The notes: generated by a model not told the origin, from the letters alone. Numbered from the stretch's first letter, positions 45,843-56,138 are shown. The stretch is DNA of 64,000 nucleotides from Trueperaceae bacterium (GCA_965213925.1 OZ243927.1:1376001-1440000), one strand, 5' to 3'. A program made the numbers and translations.

Positions 45843-47569
45843 TTTATATCGAGCGGGACGCTCCGCTCCAACTCAAACCGCTTTGTCTCGTTTAGTGTAG
45901 CGAGTTGTTCACGGTCTAGCGTGACGCCTGACACACCCAGCTCTTGAGATTGAAAGTAGCGCGACTGCGGCACGTAACGCACGAAAAACTCGTCGCCCAG
46001 CGAGAGCGAGGCGATGTTCATGTCCTCGTTCAGCGTAAGGGTGTCGCTCAGCTTGACTTCATCCTTGCCGAACGATACCTGCCGCCGAAAGGTCAAAGGC
46101 GCAGGGCGCTGCCCCAACATGAGCGTCTTACGAATCTGCCCTTTTAAGAGGTGCGCGAGTTTAGGTGACCAACCTGTCAAGAGCAGCACGCCGCGAAAGG
46201 CGAGGTTTTTGGTGAGGCTAAAGACCTTGTGCGACGGCACCCACTGCGCGCTCCCCGAGATTTCGAAACCCCCCTCATCCTGCTTCACCTTAAAGCTCGG
46301 GTCGATCCACTGGCTCGTAAAGGTTTTACCCTCTTTGGTCTGCCCGATATGACCGCAATCGTTGAAGATGAGGTCGCCCTTTTTCCCCTTGCCCGACCTG
46401 TTGAATATCTTGAGCACGCCCCCCTTGGCGAGGTTGGCAACCGCGTAGTAGTTAGGCGTGTTCTTGACGTAGACGCGGCAGCCGGGGAAAAAGTCGGTAA
46501 AGGGCTCACGCTCGAAGGGTAGGGCGGGTCTGTCGTCCGGCTTCTGAGCATAGTCCAAGTAGGCGAGCAGAAACTCCGGCACGCGGTACACCAGATATCT
46601 GTCCGAGATGATTTCGGGCGGCACGAGCTTATCCTCGGCGAGCCCGCCCAGAAGGTGCTCCGCTACGGAGCCCGCCAAAGGTATCTCATTCGCCATCACC
46701 TCGAAGCCGTGACAGTAAAAGTGGAGCGTGTTGCGGCTGCCCATGCTGCCCGCGTAGAAACCGTTCGGATAGGCGAAGTAACTGCACTTCTCCACAGACG
46801 CCTTCATCACCTTTAAGAGCCTGGGATCGGGATTGGTCTGATAGATTTTCGCTAGAAAGGAGACCGTCGCCGAGAGGTAGCCGGGGTCGATGCCGTCGTA
46901 TTCGATCGACCAGCCCTCGTCGGTGTGGTAGCTCAAAAAGTCCTTCCAGACCTTTTCGAAACCCGCCTTGAGCGCCTCGTCGCCTAAAAGCTCATACGAC
47001 TTCCAAACCGCCAAGCACGCCATCGCGTGGTGATTCGCTAGGTGGTCCTCTTCGGACTCGCCCGCCGCGATGAAGTGCGCAGCTTTGCGCACTGCGTTCA
47101 AGACCTTTTCGCGCACCTCTTCGGGTACCTCGTCACCGAGTAAATTCAGCGCTTCGATGCTCGTGTAGGTCGTGAACGCGGTCGGGCCGACCCAACCGCG
47201 CTCGTAAGGATAGAACTCGTCGAACGAGCCGTCCTTATGCTGAATGTCCGCCCAGAAGCTGAGCCCCGCCACGGTCCAGTCGCGCACCTTTTCGCTTCCA
47301 TAATAGATGTTGCCCGGCATGTCATGCTTGTAGACGAGCGCTAGCGCGTGCACCGCAAACTGCCGCACGGCGTCGGGGAAGTCCGAGGTTTTGTCCAGCC
47401 AGTAGTCGCGGTGCAGACAGCCGTACGTCGGCGAGGTCGGCGTGCGGTCTTGGTTGCTCAAGATGCGCGGAATCTGCCCTAAGGCTTTTTGCGCGTACAC
47501 GTTTCGGAGCGTACTCGTCATCTGCTCGCTCGCACTCTCTTCACGCTGCTTTGTCGCGGTATCTGTCAC
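45839..47569 (-). CDS. Hypothetical cytoplasmic protein, probable alpha/alpha-toroid carbohydrate-modifying enzyme
   Basis: DR.P.SPTYGC..R.YW..K..DF, QHKDGSFDE.YP.E, ANH, G...EY.G.DPGY motifs; located in the glycan operon; fold is inferred. Confidence 0.55.
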   Translation of the reverse strand: MTDTATKQREESASEQMTSTLRNVYAQKALGQIPRILSNQDRTPTSPTYGCLHRDYWLDKTSDFPDAVRQFAVHALALVYKHDMPGNIYYGSEKVRDWTVAGLSFWADIQHKDGSFDEFYPYERGWVGPTAFTTYTSIEALNLLGDEVPEEVREKVLNAVRKAAHFIAAGESEEDHLANHHAMACLAVWKSYELLGDEALKAGFEKVWKDFLSYHTDEGWSIEYDGIDPGYLSATVSFLAKIYQTNPDPRLLKVMKASVEKCSYFAYPNGFYAGSMGSRNTLHFYCHGFEVMANEIPLAGSVAEHLLGGLAEDKLVPPEIISDRYLVYRVPEFLLAYLDYAQKPDDRPALPFEREPFTDFFPGCRVYVKNTPNYYAVANLAKGGVLKIFNRSGKGKKGDLIFNDCGHIGQTKEGKTFTSQWIDPSFKVKQDEGGFEISGSAQWVPSHKVFSLTKNLAFRGVLLLTGWSPKLAHLLKGQIRKTLMLGQRPAPLTFRRQVSFGKDEVKLSDTLTLNEDMNIASLSLGDEFFVRYVPQSRYFQSQELGVSGVTLDREQLATLNETKRFELERSVPLDIK

Positions 47570-47619
47570 GAATCTGCCTCCCTGATTTGTGTTGCGGTGT
47601 CGTTTTTGCTCTGCAGCTA

Positions 47620-47855
47620 AGTTGCTGAGTAAAGAACAAGCCGTGTCATCCTGGCGCTGTTCACGCAGTCGAACGGGTCCGAGCGGGGCGGGAACAGTAG
47701 GTCCTGTGTATCGGCGGGGAAGGGTCTCTGCTAGAGTCTCTGCGTTCGCGCTACGTCCTCTGGCTGAGTTGGGACGTCACGAAGTTTCGGCGTAGCCCGT
47801 CCCTTCGTTCCTCAAGGTAACAGTTGTGGCGCAGATTTTGACGAACCTGTGCCCT
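47620..47855 (+). repeat. Degenerate copy of the MITE-like element
   Basis: CTGAGTAAAGAACAAGCCGTGTCATCCTG resembles CTAAGTAAAAAACGAGTTGTGTCATTCTG (33916); shares TGTTCACGCAGTC with the reverse complement of 33854-33866. Confidence 0.5.
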
Positions 47856-47863
47856 CATGACAT

Positions 47864-48817
47864 TCATGACTTCGTCTCCCTATGCCGAGCGTTCGTCTTG
47901 TCAATGAGGTCGGCGAGCATCCCCGTGGTCAAAACCTGAATCGCCGAGACGAAGAGGATGACGCCTAAGACCAAAAGCCCTTCGCCGGCGATGAGGCGGT
48001 AGATAAGGACCAAGAAGCTCGCCAGAAAGAGTACCAAGCTTATCGGCACGAACACCCGGAGCGGATTGAAGTACATCACGGTGCGCACGACGAGCTGGGT
48101 GAACCTGACCGTGTCTTTGATGGGGTGGATTTTGGAGTCGCCTGCGCGGTGGTAGTAGTCGATGGGGACGTACTTGACGTCGTAGCCGTCCGAGAGCATC
48201 GCGAGCGTGATGGTCGTCGTGAACGAGAAGCTGTCGGGAAGGATATGCATAAACTTTTTGACTGTAGTCTTGCGCATGACGCGCAGCCCCGAGTTGAGGT
48301 CGGGTATTTTGGTGTCCGAGAGGTGGTTGGCGAGTTCGTTGAGCGCGCGTTTGGCGGGTTTACGCGCCAGGGGAATCTGCACGTTCTGCCCAGTCCTCGC
48401 GCCGACGAGCATGTCGTTATCACCGAGCGACTTGATCAACTCGGGCAGCCGCTCGTTGGGATAGGTGCCGTCGGCGTCGGTGATCGCCATGAGGTCATAC
48501 CGGGCGTGTTTAAGCCCCGTTTTAAGCGCCGCGCCGTAGCCCTGGTTGACCTCGTGCTTGACGGTTCTGACGTTCGGCATAGAGATAGCCGCCATGAGTT
48601 CGCCCGTGCCATCCGTCGAGCCGTCGTCCACCAAGATAATCTCATAAGTCAGACCCGAGTCGTCCATGTGGCGGCTCACCTCTTGAACGGTCTCCTCGAG
48701 CGCCCCGATTTCGTTGTAAACGGGGATGACGACCGAAACCTCGAGGGGTGCGTTCGGCGAGGTCATCGGCGGCTTTGACGAAGTTTCCGGTAACACGTCT
48801 GGTGATATTACATCCAT
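47864..48817 (-). CDS. GT2 polyprenol-phosphate glycosyltransferase (DPM1/GtrB-like)
   Basis: VVIPVYNE, VDDGSTDG, N.GYG.ALK.G, DADGTY, DLNSG.R; two C-terminal TM segments. Confidence 0.92.
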   Translation of the reverse strand: MDVISPDVLPETSSKPPMTSPNAPLEVSVVIPVYNEIGALEETVQEVSRHMDDSGLTYEIILVDDGSTDGTGELMAAISMPNVRTVKHEVNQGYGAALKTGLKHARYDLMAITDADGTYPNERLPELIKSLGDNDMLVGARTGQNVQIPLARKPAKRALNELANHLSDTKIPDLNSGLRVMRKTTVKKFMHILPDSFSFTTTITLAMLSDGYDVKYVPIDYYHRAGDSKIHPIKDTVRFTQLVVRTVMYFNPLRVFVPISLVLFLASFLVLIYRLIAGEGLLVLGVILFVSAIQVLTTGMLADLIDKTNARHRETKS

Positions 48818-49019
48818 AGCTCTCTCCCTACTGCTTAGCGACCGGTGCGCCGGTTTGGCTTACGACTTCTCGTGACTGACTGGGATGAACGTAGGTCATG
48901 TGAGCAGAACACCGAGAGACGGACGCTAAAAATATACGCCAGCATAACGTGTGAACATAGAGAGAAGAAGAGAATAAACTCATTACAGTCGTTCGGAAGG
49001 GGCAGAAGCAACCGGCGTA

Positions 49020-49234
49020 GACTCAAGTGTGCGCGGTGCGTTCTCGAACTGGACTTTAGATGTTTTAACGAACAGTATGACGGTGCTCGGAGGTGCGGCG
49101 CAGAAAACCTATCGGTCCTGAGACAATCCGCCGTGAACCTCATCGGGCAAGCCGACACCCGAGGTTCGCTCAAAGGTAAGCACAAAAAAGCCGCTTGGGA
49201 TGACGGCTTTCGCGCGTGCATCTTAGGAGGATAG
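49020..49234 (+). pseudogene. C-terminal remnant of an ISAs1-family transposase
   Basis: LELD..FNE...GAENLSVLRQSAVNL...SLKGK.KKAAWDDGF..IL resembles the ISAs1 C-terminus; the rest is missing. Confidence 0.75.
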
Positions 49235-49368
49235 ACCCGCCTGATATTTTGCGGTATGGTCCTCTCGGGTTACGCTACTACGAAATGTTTTCGGCGCGCT
49301 ACGCCGCTGTAACGGAGGCTGTAGCCGAGCGCGATGCGAGGTTTTATGATGGTCGTCTGGAGAACAAG

Positions 49369-49929
49369 GTGAAGACGCGCGGCACGAGAAGTGGCATTGT
49401 GGTGAGTTTAGAGGCTGAAGATACGCCAGCAGCGTTAGAGAGCGCTCTAGCGTCGCAGCGCGACCTCTTGGGCGGCAAGGTCTTGATCGAGATCGGCGGG
49501 CGCGTCCCCTGGACGAACGTCGAAGCGGTGCTAGGCGCGGTGAAAGAGGCTGAGGGCGATGTGGTCGAGGTGCGCCCACCGAGCGCGGTGGTGCAAGCGA
49601 AAGGCGAAACGGTGATCATAGCGCGCACGGTGAGAAGCGGGGCGCGCGTCGAGTCGAACGGCTCCATTATCGTCATCGGTGACGTCAACGCCGGCTCTGA
49701 ACTCATCGCCGAGGACGACATCATCGTGCTGGGCGCGCTGCGCGGCGTAGCGCACGCGGGCGCTGCGGGCAACGAGAAAGCGATCATCTGGGCGCAGCAA
49801 ATTCTCGCGAAGCAGCTTCGCATCGGCAACGCTCTAGCCCAAGCGGGCGAGGGCGGCAAAGCGGCGTCCGGACCGGAGGTCGCGCAGCTCTCCGACGGGC
49901 AGATCGTGCTGCGACCCTGGGAGCGCTGA
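49369..49929 (+). CDS. minC: Septum site-determining protein MinC
   Basis: TVRSG, GDVNAG.E..A, LG.LRG.AHAGA.G, QLRI, PEVA; GGAG SD before GTG at 49369. Confidence 0.92.
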   Translation: MKTRGTRSGIVVSLEAEDTPAALESALASQRDLLGGKVLIEIGGRVPWTNVEAVLGAVKEAEGDVVEVRPPSAVVQAKGETVIIARTVRSGARVESNGSIIVIGDVNAGSELIAEDDIIVLGALRGVAHAGAAGNEKAIIWAQQILAKQLRIGNALAQAGEGGKAASGPEVAQLSDGQIVLRPWER

Positions 49930-49945
49930 GGGGTGTTGCTGGGCG

Positions 49946-52348
49946 TTACTGCGCGCCTGGCTCGAGCCGCAACGTCCCTATCATTTCCTGCTCGACCTCT
50001 TCCCGGTTGGTCGGAATAACGATGTAGTCGACGTCGCGCCAGCGTCTCGTGAAGTCGCGGTAGTGCGCCGAAAAGACGTTCCCCGACTGCCCGGTCGTGT
50101 GCATGAACTGCGAGCGGTCGAGTTCCGCGAGGTCGTAGAGCGCCCGGTAGCCCGGTCCGGCGGTCTGTTCGAAACTTCCGTCTATCCCGAAGCGCGCTGC
50201 GTTGACCGTGAAGGGTCCGCCGCCGTTGGGGATAGTAATGTTAAAGAGCCCGCCGAGCGGCGTGTCGCCAAGCACGGGGTGGTCGTTGTCGGCGTAGTGC
50301 GCCTCGCCCCAGCGCCAAGCGTCTAAGTTGTTGCCGTAACGCTCCTTCGTCGCGGAGAGCGCCCGCTCAAACGCCGCTACAATCTGCGCCTCGCACGTTT
50401 CTTTCGCCTCCGTGCGGACGTCGTCGCACCACGCCGGGCTGTTCTGCAAAATGTTGCGGACGACGAGCGGGCGAAAGCCCCAATAGTCGCCAAAGAGGTC
50501 GCCGAGTTCGTCCGCGTAGAGCCCCCTCGTAAACTCGGCGTACCACGCCTCGAAGAGCAGCGGCTCCGGTCCGTCCCGCGCCATCGTCCCGTCCCAGCCG
50601 AGCAGCTCAGCTTGCGCGTCCCTTAACGTTTGATCTTCGAAGGAAGCGTTGAGCAGCACCCGCAAGAATTCCCGCGCCATGAGCGAGGTTTGGTCCGCTT
50701 GAATGCGGCGGAAGGACGCCAGGGAGTGCGCGGACGTTTGTCCTAACAAGGTCGTGATGCGCTCGGCGCGGTAGGGCTCCGCCCACTCGGAGGTTAAGAA
50801 GTAGGGGTAGTCGTCGCTGACGATTTTATGGTTCGCCGTCATGATCTGACCTGAGGGCGGATTGAAGGCTCGCGGCAAATCCTCGAAGGGAATAAAACCC
50901 GTCCAGTCGTACTCGCCCGACCAGCCGGGCACCGGCACGAGACCGTCGCCCTTCGCACGGATGGGCACGCGAGCGGGCGCGATCAGACCGATGTTGCCCG
51001 CTACATCCGCGTAGACGATGCTCTGCTGCGGCGAGTGAAAGTCGCGCGTCGCGTTCTCGAACTCCGCCCAGTTGCGCGTGCGGTTGAGCGCCAAGCCCGC
51101 TTGCATGGAGAGGTCATCGTCGCGTAGGGTCGTCCAGGCGAAGGCGAGCGCGTAACGTTCACCCGGTTCGCCTCGAGTCGCCCCATTCGCCACCCTAGCC
51201 GCCGCCGCGCTCACATCCGAAATAATCGGACCGTGACGGCTCTCGCGCACCTCTAAAAGCACGTCGTCCCCACCTTTGACCTTGATGATCTCGCTGCGGC
51301 GCATAAACGCCCGTGTCCCGTCCGGCGTTTCATAGACGTCAGGGTCGTCGGACGCGATGCGTTCGATAAAGAGGTCTTGCGTATCCGGTCCCGTGTTCGT
51401 GAAGCCCCACGCGGTGGCGTCCGTGCGCCCGAGTACGGCGATGGGTAGCCCCGGCAGCGTCGCGCCGGTTACGTCCAGACCGGGCGCGCTCAGGTGCGCG
51501 AAGTACCACAGCGAGGGCGCTTGGAGCTGCAGATGTGGGTCGTTAGCGAGGAGCGGGCTCCCGGTGACGCTCTTCGCGCCGCTCAGCACCCAGTTGTTCG
51601 AGCCGGTGCCGGGCGGCAGCGGTTTGGGTGAGGTCGCCCAGAGGTCGGCTAGAGGTAAATTCTCGTTCAAGTCTTCGTAAAGCGCGCGGAAGTCGGGCAG
51701 GACGACGGGCGCGTCGCCGGGGTAGGGCGGGAAGAGGTCGGCGACCTGCTCGCGCGATAGGTGCGTGAGGAGCCGCGCCCGCAGGAGTTCGTCGCCCCAG
51801 TTGCCCGACAGGTCCCAGGACAACATCTTGAGCCATACAATCGAGTCGGCGGGCTCCCACGCATGAGGTTCGTAGCCCAAGATGAGGAACTCGGGCGGCA
51901 GCGGTCCGCGCCGCGTCTCTAAAAACGAGTTGACGCCCGCGCTGTAGGCGAGCAGCGCCCCTTGGGTGGGCGCGTTGAGGTTGTCGAAGGTGCGCTCCGC
52001 CGCGCGGTAAACGCCCAGCGTACGCAGAAATTTGTCCGTCTCTAAAGCCGCCTCCCCGACGACCTCGGAGAGCCTGCCCGCGCCCACGCGCCGCTGAAAG
52101 TCCATCTGCCAGAGCCTGTCTTGTGCGTGGACGAAGCCGAGCGCGAAGTAGGCGTCCTCGGCGGAGTCCGCGTAGATGTGCGGCACGGCGTTCGCGTCGC
52201 GTACGACGTCCACGGGCGCGTTCAACCCGCCTATACGCAGCTCGCCCGACGTTTTAGGTAGCGAGCCTCTAAGCCAGATGAAGATGCCGAGCAGAACGAT
52301 CAGCAGAGCAACCGTTACCCAGGCTGCGCCGCGCAGAAGGCGTGTCAT
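49946..52348 (-). CDS. Penicillin acylase family (Ntn hydrolase)
   Basis: VPHIYA, HAQDRLWQM, GSNNW nucleophile, LANDPHL, GQSG. Confidence 0.95.
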   Translation of the reverse strand: MTRLLRGAAWVTVALLIVLLGIFIWLRGSLPKTSGELRIGGLNAPVDVVRDANAVPHIYADSAEDAYFALGFVHAQDRLWQMDFQRRVGAGRLSEVVGEAALETDKFLRTLGVYRAAERTFDNLNAPTQGALLAYSAGVNSFLETRRGPLPPEFLILGYEPHAWEPADSIVWLKMLSWDLSGNWGDELLRARLLTHLSREQVADLFPPYPGDAPVVLPDFRALYEDLNENLPLADLWATSPKPLPPGTGSNNWVLSGAKSVTGSPLLANDPHLQLQAPSLWYFAHLSAPGLDVTGATLPGLPIAVLGRTDATAWGFTNTGPDTQDLFIERIASDDPDVYETPDGTRAFMRRSEIIKVKGGDDVLLEVRESRHGPIISDVSAAAARVANGATRGEPGERYALAFAWTTLRDDDLSMQAGLALNRTRNWAEFENATRDFHSPQQSIVYADVAGNIGLIAPARVPIRAKGDGLVPVPGWSGEYDWTGFIPFEDLPRAFNPPSGQIMTANHKIVSDDYPYFLTSEWAEPYRAERITTLLGQTSAHSLASFRRIQADQTSLMAREFLRVLLNASFEDQTLRDAQAELLGWDGTMARDGPEPLLFEAWYAEFTRGLYADELGDLFGDYWGFRPLVVRNILQNSPAWCDDVRTEAKETCEAQIVAAFERALSATKERYGNNLDAWRWGEAHYADNDHPVLGDTPLGGLFNITIPNGGGPFTVNAARFGIDGSFEQTAGPGYRALYDLAELDRSQFMHTTGQSGNVFSAHYRDFTRRWRDVDYIVIPTNREEVEQEMIGTLRLEPGAQ

Positions 52349-52571
52349 GATGAGGTCAGTTTAGCAGTTCGGGCGCGTTTGGAACGTGCAGGTGGCACCG
52401 AGGAGGACGCCGGGTGAAGGCGCGGCGGGAGAAAGAGCACTATTTTGGTGAGGAGATGACGTAAGGGGGAGAAGCACGCTGACCTCTTCTCATCTCTACA
52501 TCTGGTTTTACGCAGCTCGAGCCCCGCACCCAGCCACAGTATTTCTGACAACCTCGCCTTACGCTTAGTTC

Positions 52572-53222
52572 ATGACCTCCTCTGATCTATCCACAGGCTG
52601 GCTCGACGTCAGTGTCACCGTTCGTTCCGGCTTGCCCGTGTGGCCCGGTAATCCGAGCGTCGACTTAACGCCCGTGCAGTCCTTTCCGCAAGGCGATAAG
52701 GTCACGATTTCCAAGCTCTCGCTGGGCGCGCATACGGGTACGCACATGGACGCGCCCTTGCATTTCATCCGGGCGGGCAAGACCATTGACGAGGTACCCT
52801 TGGACGTCGGGTTAGGTCGCGCCAGGGTAATCGAGATAGCAGGGGACGTGATTTCGCTGGAGGAGTTGGCGCAGCACGATATCGGGTCGGGCGAGCGCGT
52901 TCTATTCAAAACGAAGAACTCGGCGCGCGATCTGTGGTCGAAAGAGGACTTCACCGAAGACTACGTCTACGTTTCAACCGAAGCGGGCGACTATCTCACG
53001 GAGCGAGAGGTCAAGCTCGTCGGGGTGGACTACATTTCGGTGGGCGGCTACCAGATCAACGCGCCCGAGGTGCACCGTGCGCTGCTCGGGGGCGGCGTCT
53101 GGATCGTGGAGGGGTTGGACCTGTCGGGCGTCGCCCCCGGCGTCTACGACTTGCTCTGTTTGCCGCTGAAACTGAGGGGGCTCGAGGCGTCACCCGTTCG
53201 CGCCTTGCTGCGCCCCGCTTAG
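52572..53222 (+). CDS. Cyclase / kynurenine formamidase family metal hydrolase
   Basis: WPG.P, HTGTHMDAP.HF, GVD..SV, H..LL, IVE.L, P.RA. Confidence 0.92.
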   Translation: MTSSDLSTGWLDVSVTVRSGLPVWPGNPSVDLTPVQSFPQGDKVTISKLSLGAHTGTHMDAPLHFIRAGKTIDEVPLDVGLGRARVIEIAGDVISLEELAQHDIGSGERVLFKTKNSARDLWSKEDFTEDYVYVSTEAGDYLTEREVKLVGVDYISVGGYQINAPEVHRALLGGGVWIVEGLDLSGVAPGVYDLLCLPLKLRGLEASPVRALLRPA

Positions 53223-53346
53223 TTTCAGCGCGGCGCTTTGACAAACCGCTGACATCGCCACGTTAAGTTGCCCGTGAGGTCTTTCACAGGTGAAGCGCGA
53301 CTGAGCGAAGCTTGGAGCCGTGCCTGTGGCTTCAGAGGAGGAGACT

Positions 53347-55437
53347 ATGCTAGGACGACTTCTTGGGTACGCGGCGCTCGGCGGCGCGGCACTTACAGGC
53401 ACCGGTTTTGCACAAACGGGTGGCGCGACGGGTGGCGCGATGACAGGGGGCATGGAAACGGGAGGTTCAGCCGACCTCTCCATGTCGCAGACGAGCGACC
53501 CGTATTACGCGCTAGGACAGCAGACCCTACAGCAAATGCTGGAGCAACAGCCTAACAACAATGAGGCGCAAAACGTCATCATCTTCGTCGCGGACGGTGC
53601 CGGACCCACGACGGTCACGGCAACGCGCATCTTAGCGGGGCAAATGAAGGGTTTGCAGGGCGAAGAGAACATCCTCCCTTACGACACTTTCCCGAACGTC
53701 GCTTTGATCAAAACCTACAACTCCAACGCGCAAGTCCCTGACTCGGCGGGCACAGGTACGGCCTGGAGCACGGGCATCAAGACGAAGCAGGGCGTACTGG
53801 GCGTCGGCCCGGATGTGATGCGCGGCGACTGCGCCTCTGCCCAGGAAAACCGCCTCACCACCCTTTTCGAACTCGCCGAGACGGTCGGCATGGCGACAGG
53901 TACGGTTAGCACCGCCCGCATCACCCACGCGACGCCAGCGGCCAACTACGCGCACTCCGCCGACCGCAACTGGGAGGACAACTCCGCGCTGCCCGAAGAG
54001 GCCGTTCAGCAAGGCTGCACGGACATCGCCTCGCAGCTTATCGAGTTTCCTTATGGCGACGGCTTAGAGGTCGCGATGGGCGGCGGACGCCGCCACTTTT
54101 TGCCCGAGGACGTGCAAGACCCCGAAGACGAAAGTGAGACGGGCCGCCGCACCGACGGGCGCAACTTAACCCAAGAGTGGGTACAGGGACGTGAAGGGGC
54201 GACGTACGTCTGGAACCAAGAGAACTTTGACGCCATCGACGCGACCTCTACAGGTCCGGTTTTGGGACTTTTTAATCAGTCACACATGGAGTACGAGGCG
54301 GACCGCTCCGAGGACACGGGCGGCGAGCCTGCGCTTAGCGACATGGTCTCTAAAGCCATCGACATCTTGTCGCAAAACGAACAAGGCTACATCCTCCAGG
54401 TCGAGTCGGGTCGCGTGGATCATGCCAGTCACGGCACGAACGCCTTTCGCACGCTGACCGATAACATCGCGTTCGCCAACGCGGTACAAACCGCGCTGGA
54501 CAAAGTGGATACCGAGAACACCCTCATTATCGTCACCGCCGACCACGCCCACACGATGGACATCGCGGGCTATCCGCAGCGCGGTAACCCGATTTTGGGT
54601 TTAGTCAGAGGGCTCGACGACCAGGGCGAGCCGGTGGACGAACTCGCGCTCGCCGCCGACGGCAAGCCCTACACCACCTTGGGCTACCTCAACGGTCCCG
54701 GCGCGGTCATCGGCGAACGCCCCGACCTTACAGACGTGGACACGCAAGCGAAAGACTTCTTTCAGCAGGCGCTCGTCCCGCTGAGCAGCGAGACACACGA
54801 CGGCACGGACATCGCTGCGTACGCCATCGGTCCGCGTGCGTACCTCGTCCGCGGCACCGTCGAGCAGAACTACCTCTTCCACGTGATGAACTACGCCTTA
54901 GGCAACTTGGCAGAGCAAGCTGGCGTCAGCGCCGAGGCGCAGGGCGACGCGCCTCAAGTTGAAACGGGTATGACCGACCTCTCGGTGTTAGCGAGCGGCA
55001 CCAGCTTCTCGAGCAGCGCCCAAGGTGGTGAGATGACCGGCGGCGAGATAACAGGTGGCGCGATGACGGGCGGCGAGACCGGCGGTGAAGCTACGGGCGC
55101 ACCCGCTGGCGACTCGACTGTGAGCACGCCGAACTTAGATGAGACCATCTCCGCCCTAGAGGGCGGCGTGGAGAACTTGGACGAGGATACCGCGGTTGAG
55201 GTCATCCGAGGCTGGCAGCAGCGCCTCAGCAGCTTAGACGACCCCGACTTGCAGCCCATTGTGACCTCTTTAGAGCAGCTCGGGACGGCGCTCGGCACGG
55301 GCAGCGCGCAAGCCACCGACATCCTCTCCCGCTTGGGCGAAGAGACCACGCAGTACGCGGAGGGCTTAGAGGGTCAGCAAGCCGAGTCGGTGCGCCGCTT
55401 AGGTGAACTCCTCTCGCAGGCGGCGTCGGGCAACTAA
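53347..55437 (+). CDS. phoA: Secreted PhoA-type alkaline phosphatase with TGG linkers and an extra C-terminal helical domain
   Basis: Signal peptide ending GFA-Q; NVIIFVADG, PDSA (catalytic Ser), THATPA, E.GRVDH..H, TADH, ETH.G.D; GAGGAGG SD. Confidence 0.92.
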   Translation: MLGRLLGYAALGGAALTGTGFAQTGGATGGAMTGGMETGGSADLSMSQTSDPYYALGQQTLQQMLEQQPNNNEAQNVIIFVADGAGPTTVTATRILAGQMKGLQGEENILPYDTFPNVALIKTYNSNAQVPDSAGTGTAWSTGIKTKQGVLGVGPDVMRGDCASAQENRLTTLFELAETVGMATGTVSTARITHATPAANYAHSADRNWEDNSALPEEAVQQGCTDIASQLIEFPYGDGLEVAMGGGRRHFLPEDVQDPEDESETGRRTDGRNLTQEWVQGREGATYVWNQENFDAIDATSTGPVLGLFNQSHMEYEADRSEDTGGEPALSDMVSKAIDILSQNEQGYILQVESGRVDHASHGTNAFRTLTDNIAFANAVQTALDKVDTENTLIIVTADHAHTMDIAGYPQRGNPILGLVRGLDDQGEPVDELALAADGKPYTTLGYLNGPGAVIGERPDLTDVDTQAKDFFQQALVPLSSETHDGTDIAAYAIGPRAYLVRGTVEQNYLFHVMNYALGNLAEQAGVSAEAQGDAPQVETGMTDLSVLASGTSFSSSAQGGEMTGGEITGGAMTGGETGGEATGAPAGDSTVSTPNLDETISALEGGVENLDEDTAVEVIRGWQQRLSSLDDPDLQPIVTSLEQLGTALGTGSAQATDILSRLGEETTQYAEGLEGQQAESVRRLGELLSQAASGN

Positions 55438-55452
55438 ACTTCGCCACTCGAG

Positions 55453-55488
55453 AAACCTGGGAGCCTTGCGCTCTCAGGTTCTCTTTTT
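55453..55488 (+). terminator. Intrinsic terminator after phoA
   Basis: AACCTGGGAGC-CTTGC-GCTCTCAGGTT then CTCTTTTT. Confidence 0.7.
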
Positions 55489-55554
55489 ACCTACATGAGC
55501 GTCGCATGACCAAACTGCCCGCGATTTTTCCTACAATGAAGAAGAGGTGATGAG

Positions 55555-55974
55555 ATGTTCCGGTTAGTTCTCCCTTTCGCGCTCCTAGCGCTTAGTTTTT
55601 CCTTCGCTCAACCCACCTTTACTTTCGGCGACCTCTACTCGGACGTGGACACGCAAGAATTTACCCCCGAACTCCAGGCGGCTTCAGGCGAAACGGTCAC
55701 GATGCTCGGCTTCGCCGCCCCGCCCTTAAAACCCGACGCGGACTTTTTCGTCTTGACCAAGTACCCGATGGACGTATGCCCCTTCTGCGAGACCGAAGCG
55801 GATTGGCCGCCCGACATTGTCTACGTGAAGCTGCCCGAAGGTGGCACGGATACGATCATCTTCGGGGCGCTCGAGGTCACAGGCACCCTAGAAGTTGGCA
55901 CCGCCAAAGATCCCGACACGGGCTTCGTCTCGAAAATCCGTATTCAGGCAGACAAGGTGGAGCGTGCTGGTTAG
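55555..55974 (+). CDS. Exported DUF3299-like OB-fold protein
   Basis: Signal peptide; G..V.M.GF.APP, FFVL...P..CPFC, D.W, V.G.L..G. Confidence 0.7.
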   Translation: MFRLVLPFALLALSFSFAQPTFTFGDLYSDVDTQEFTPELQAASGETVTMLGFAAPPLKPDADFFVLTKYPMDVCPFCETEADWPPDIVYVKLPEGGTDTIIFGALEVTGTLEVGTAKDPDTGFVSKIRIQADKVERAG

Positions 55975-56138
55975 CGGCAGGTTACTTCGTTCCGTCTCCT
56001 CCCGAAGGGAGCAGCCTACGGAAGGCTTCGCTTCGTGGAGATAGCTACGCGCAATCAAAATCGGTCTCGCTTATGCTCGGAACTGGTCATCAACGCAGCG
56101 AGTTTCGCAAGCGCTCCCTTTAGCTCGAGGTGGTCATT

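Noticed and set aside
48835..49234. Intact 128/129-aa genes on either strand
   Set aside because: Only the last roughly 65 codons on the + strand resemble anything (ISAs1 tail); the rest includes promoter DNA
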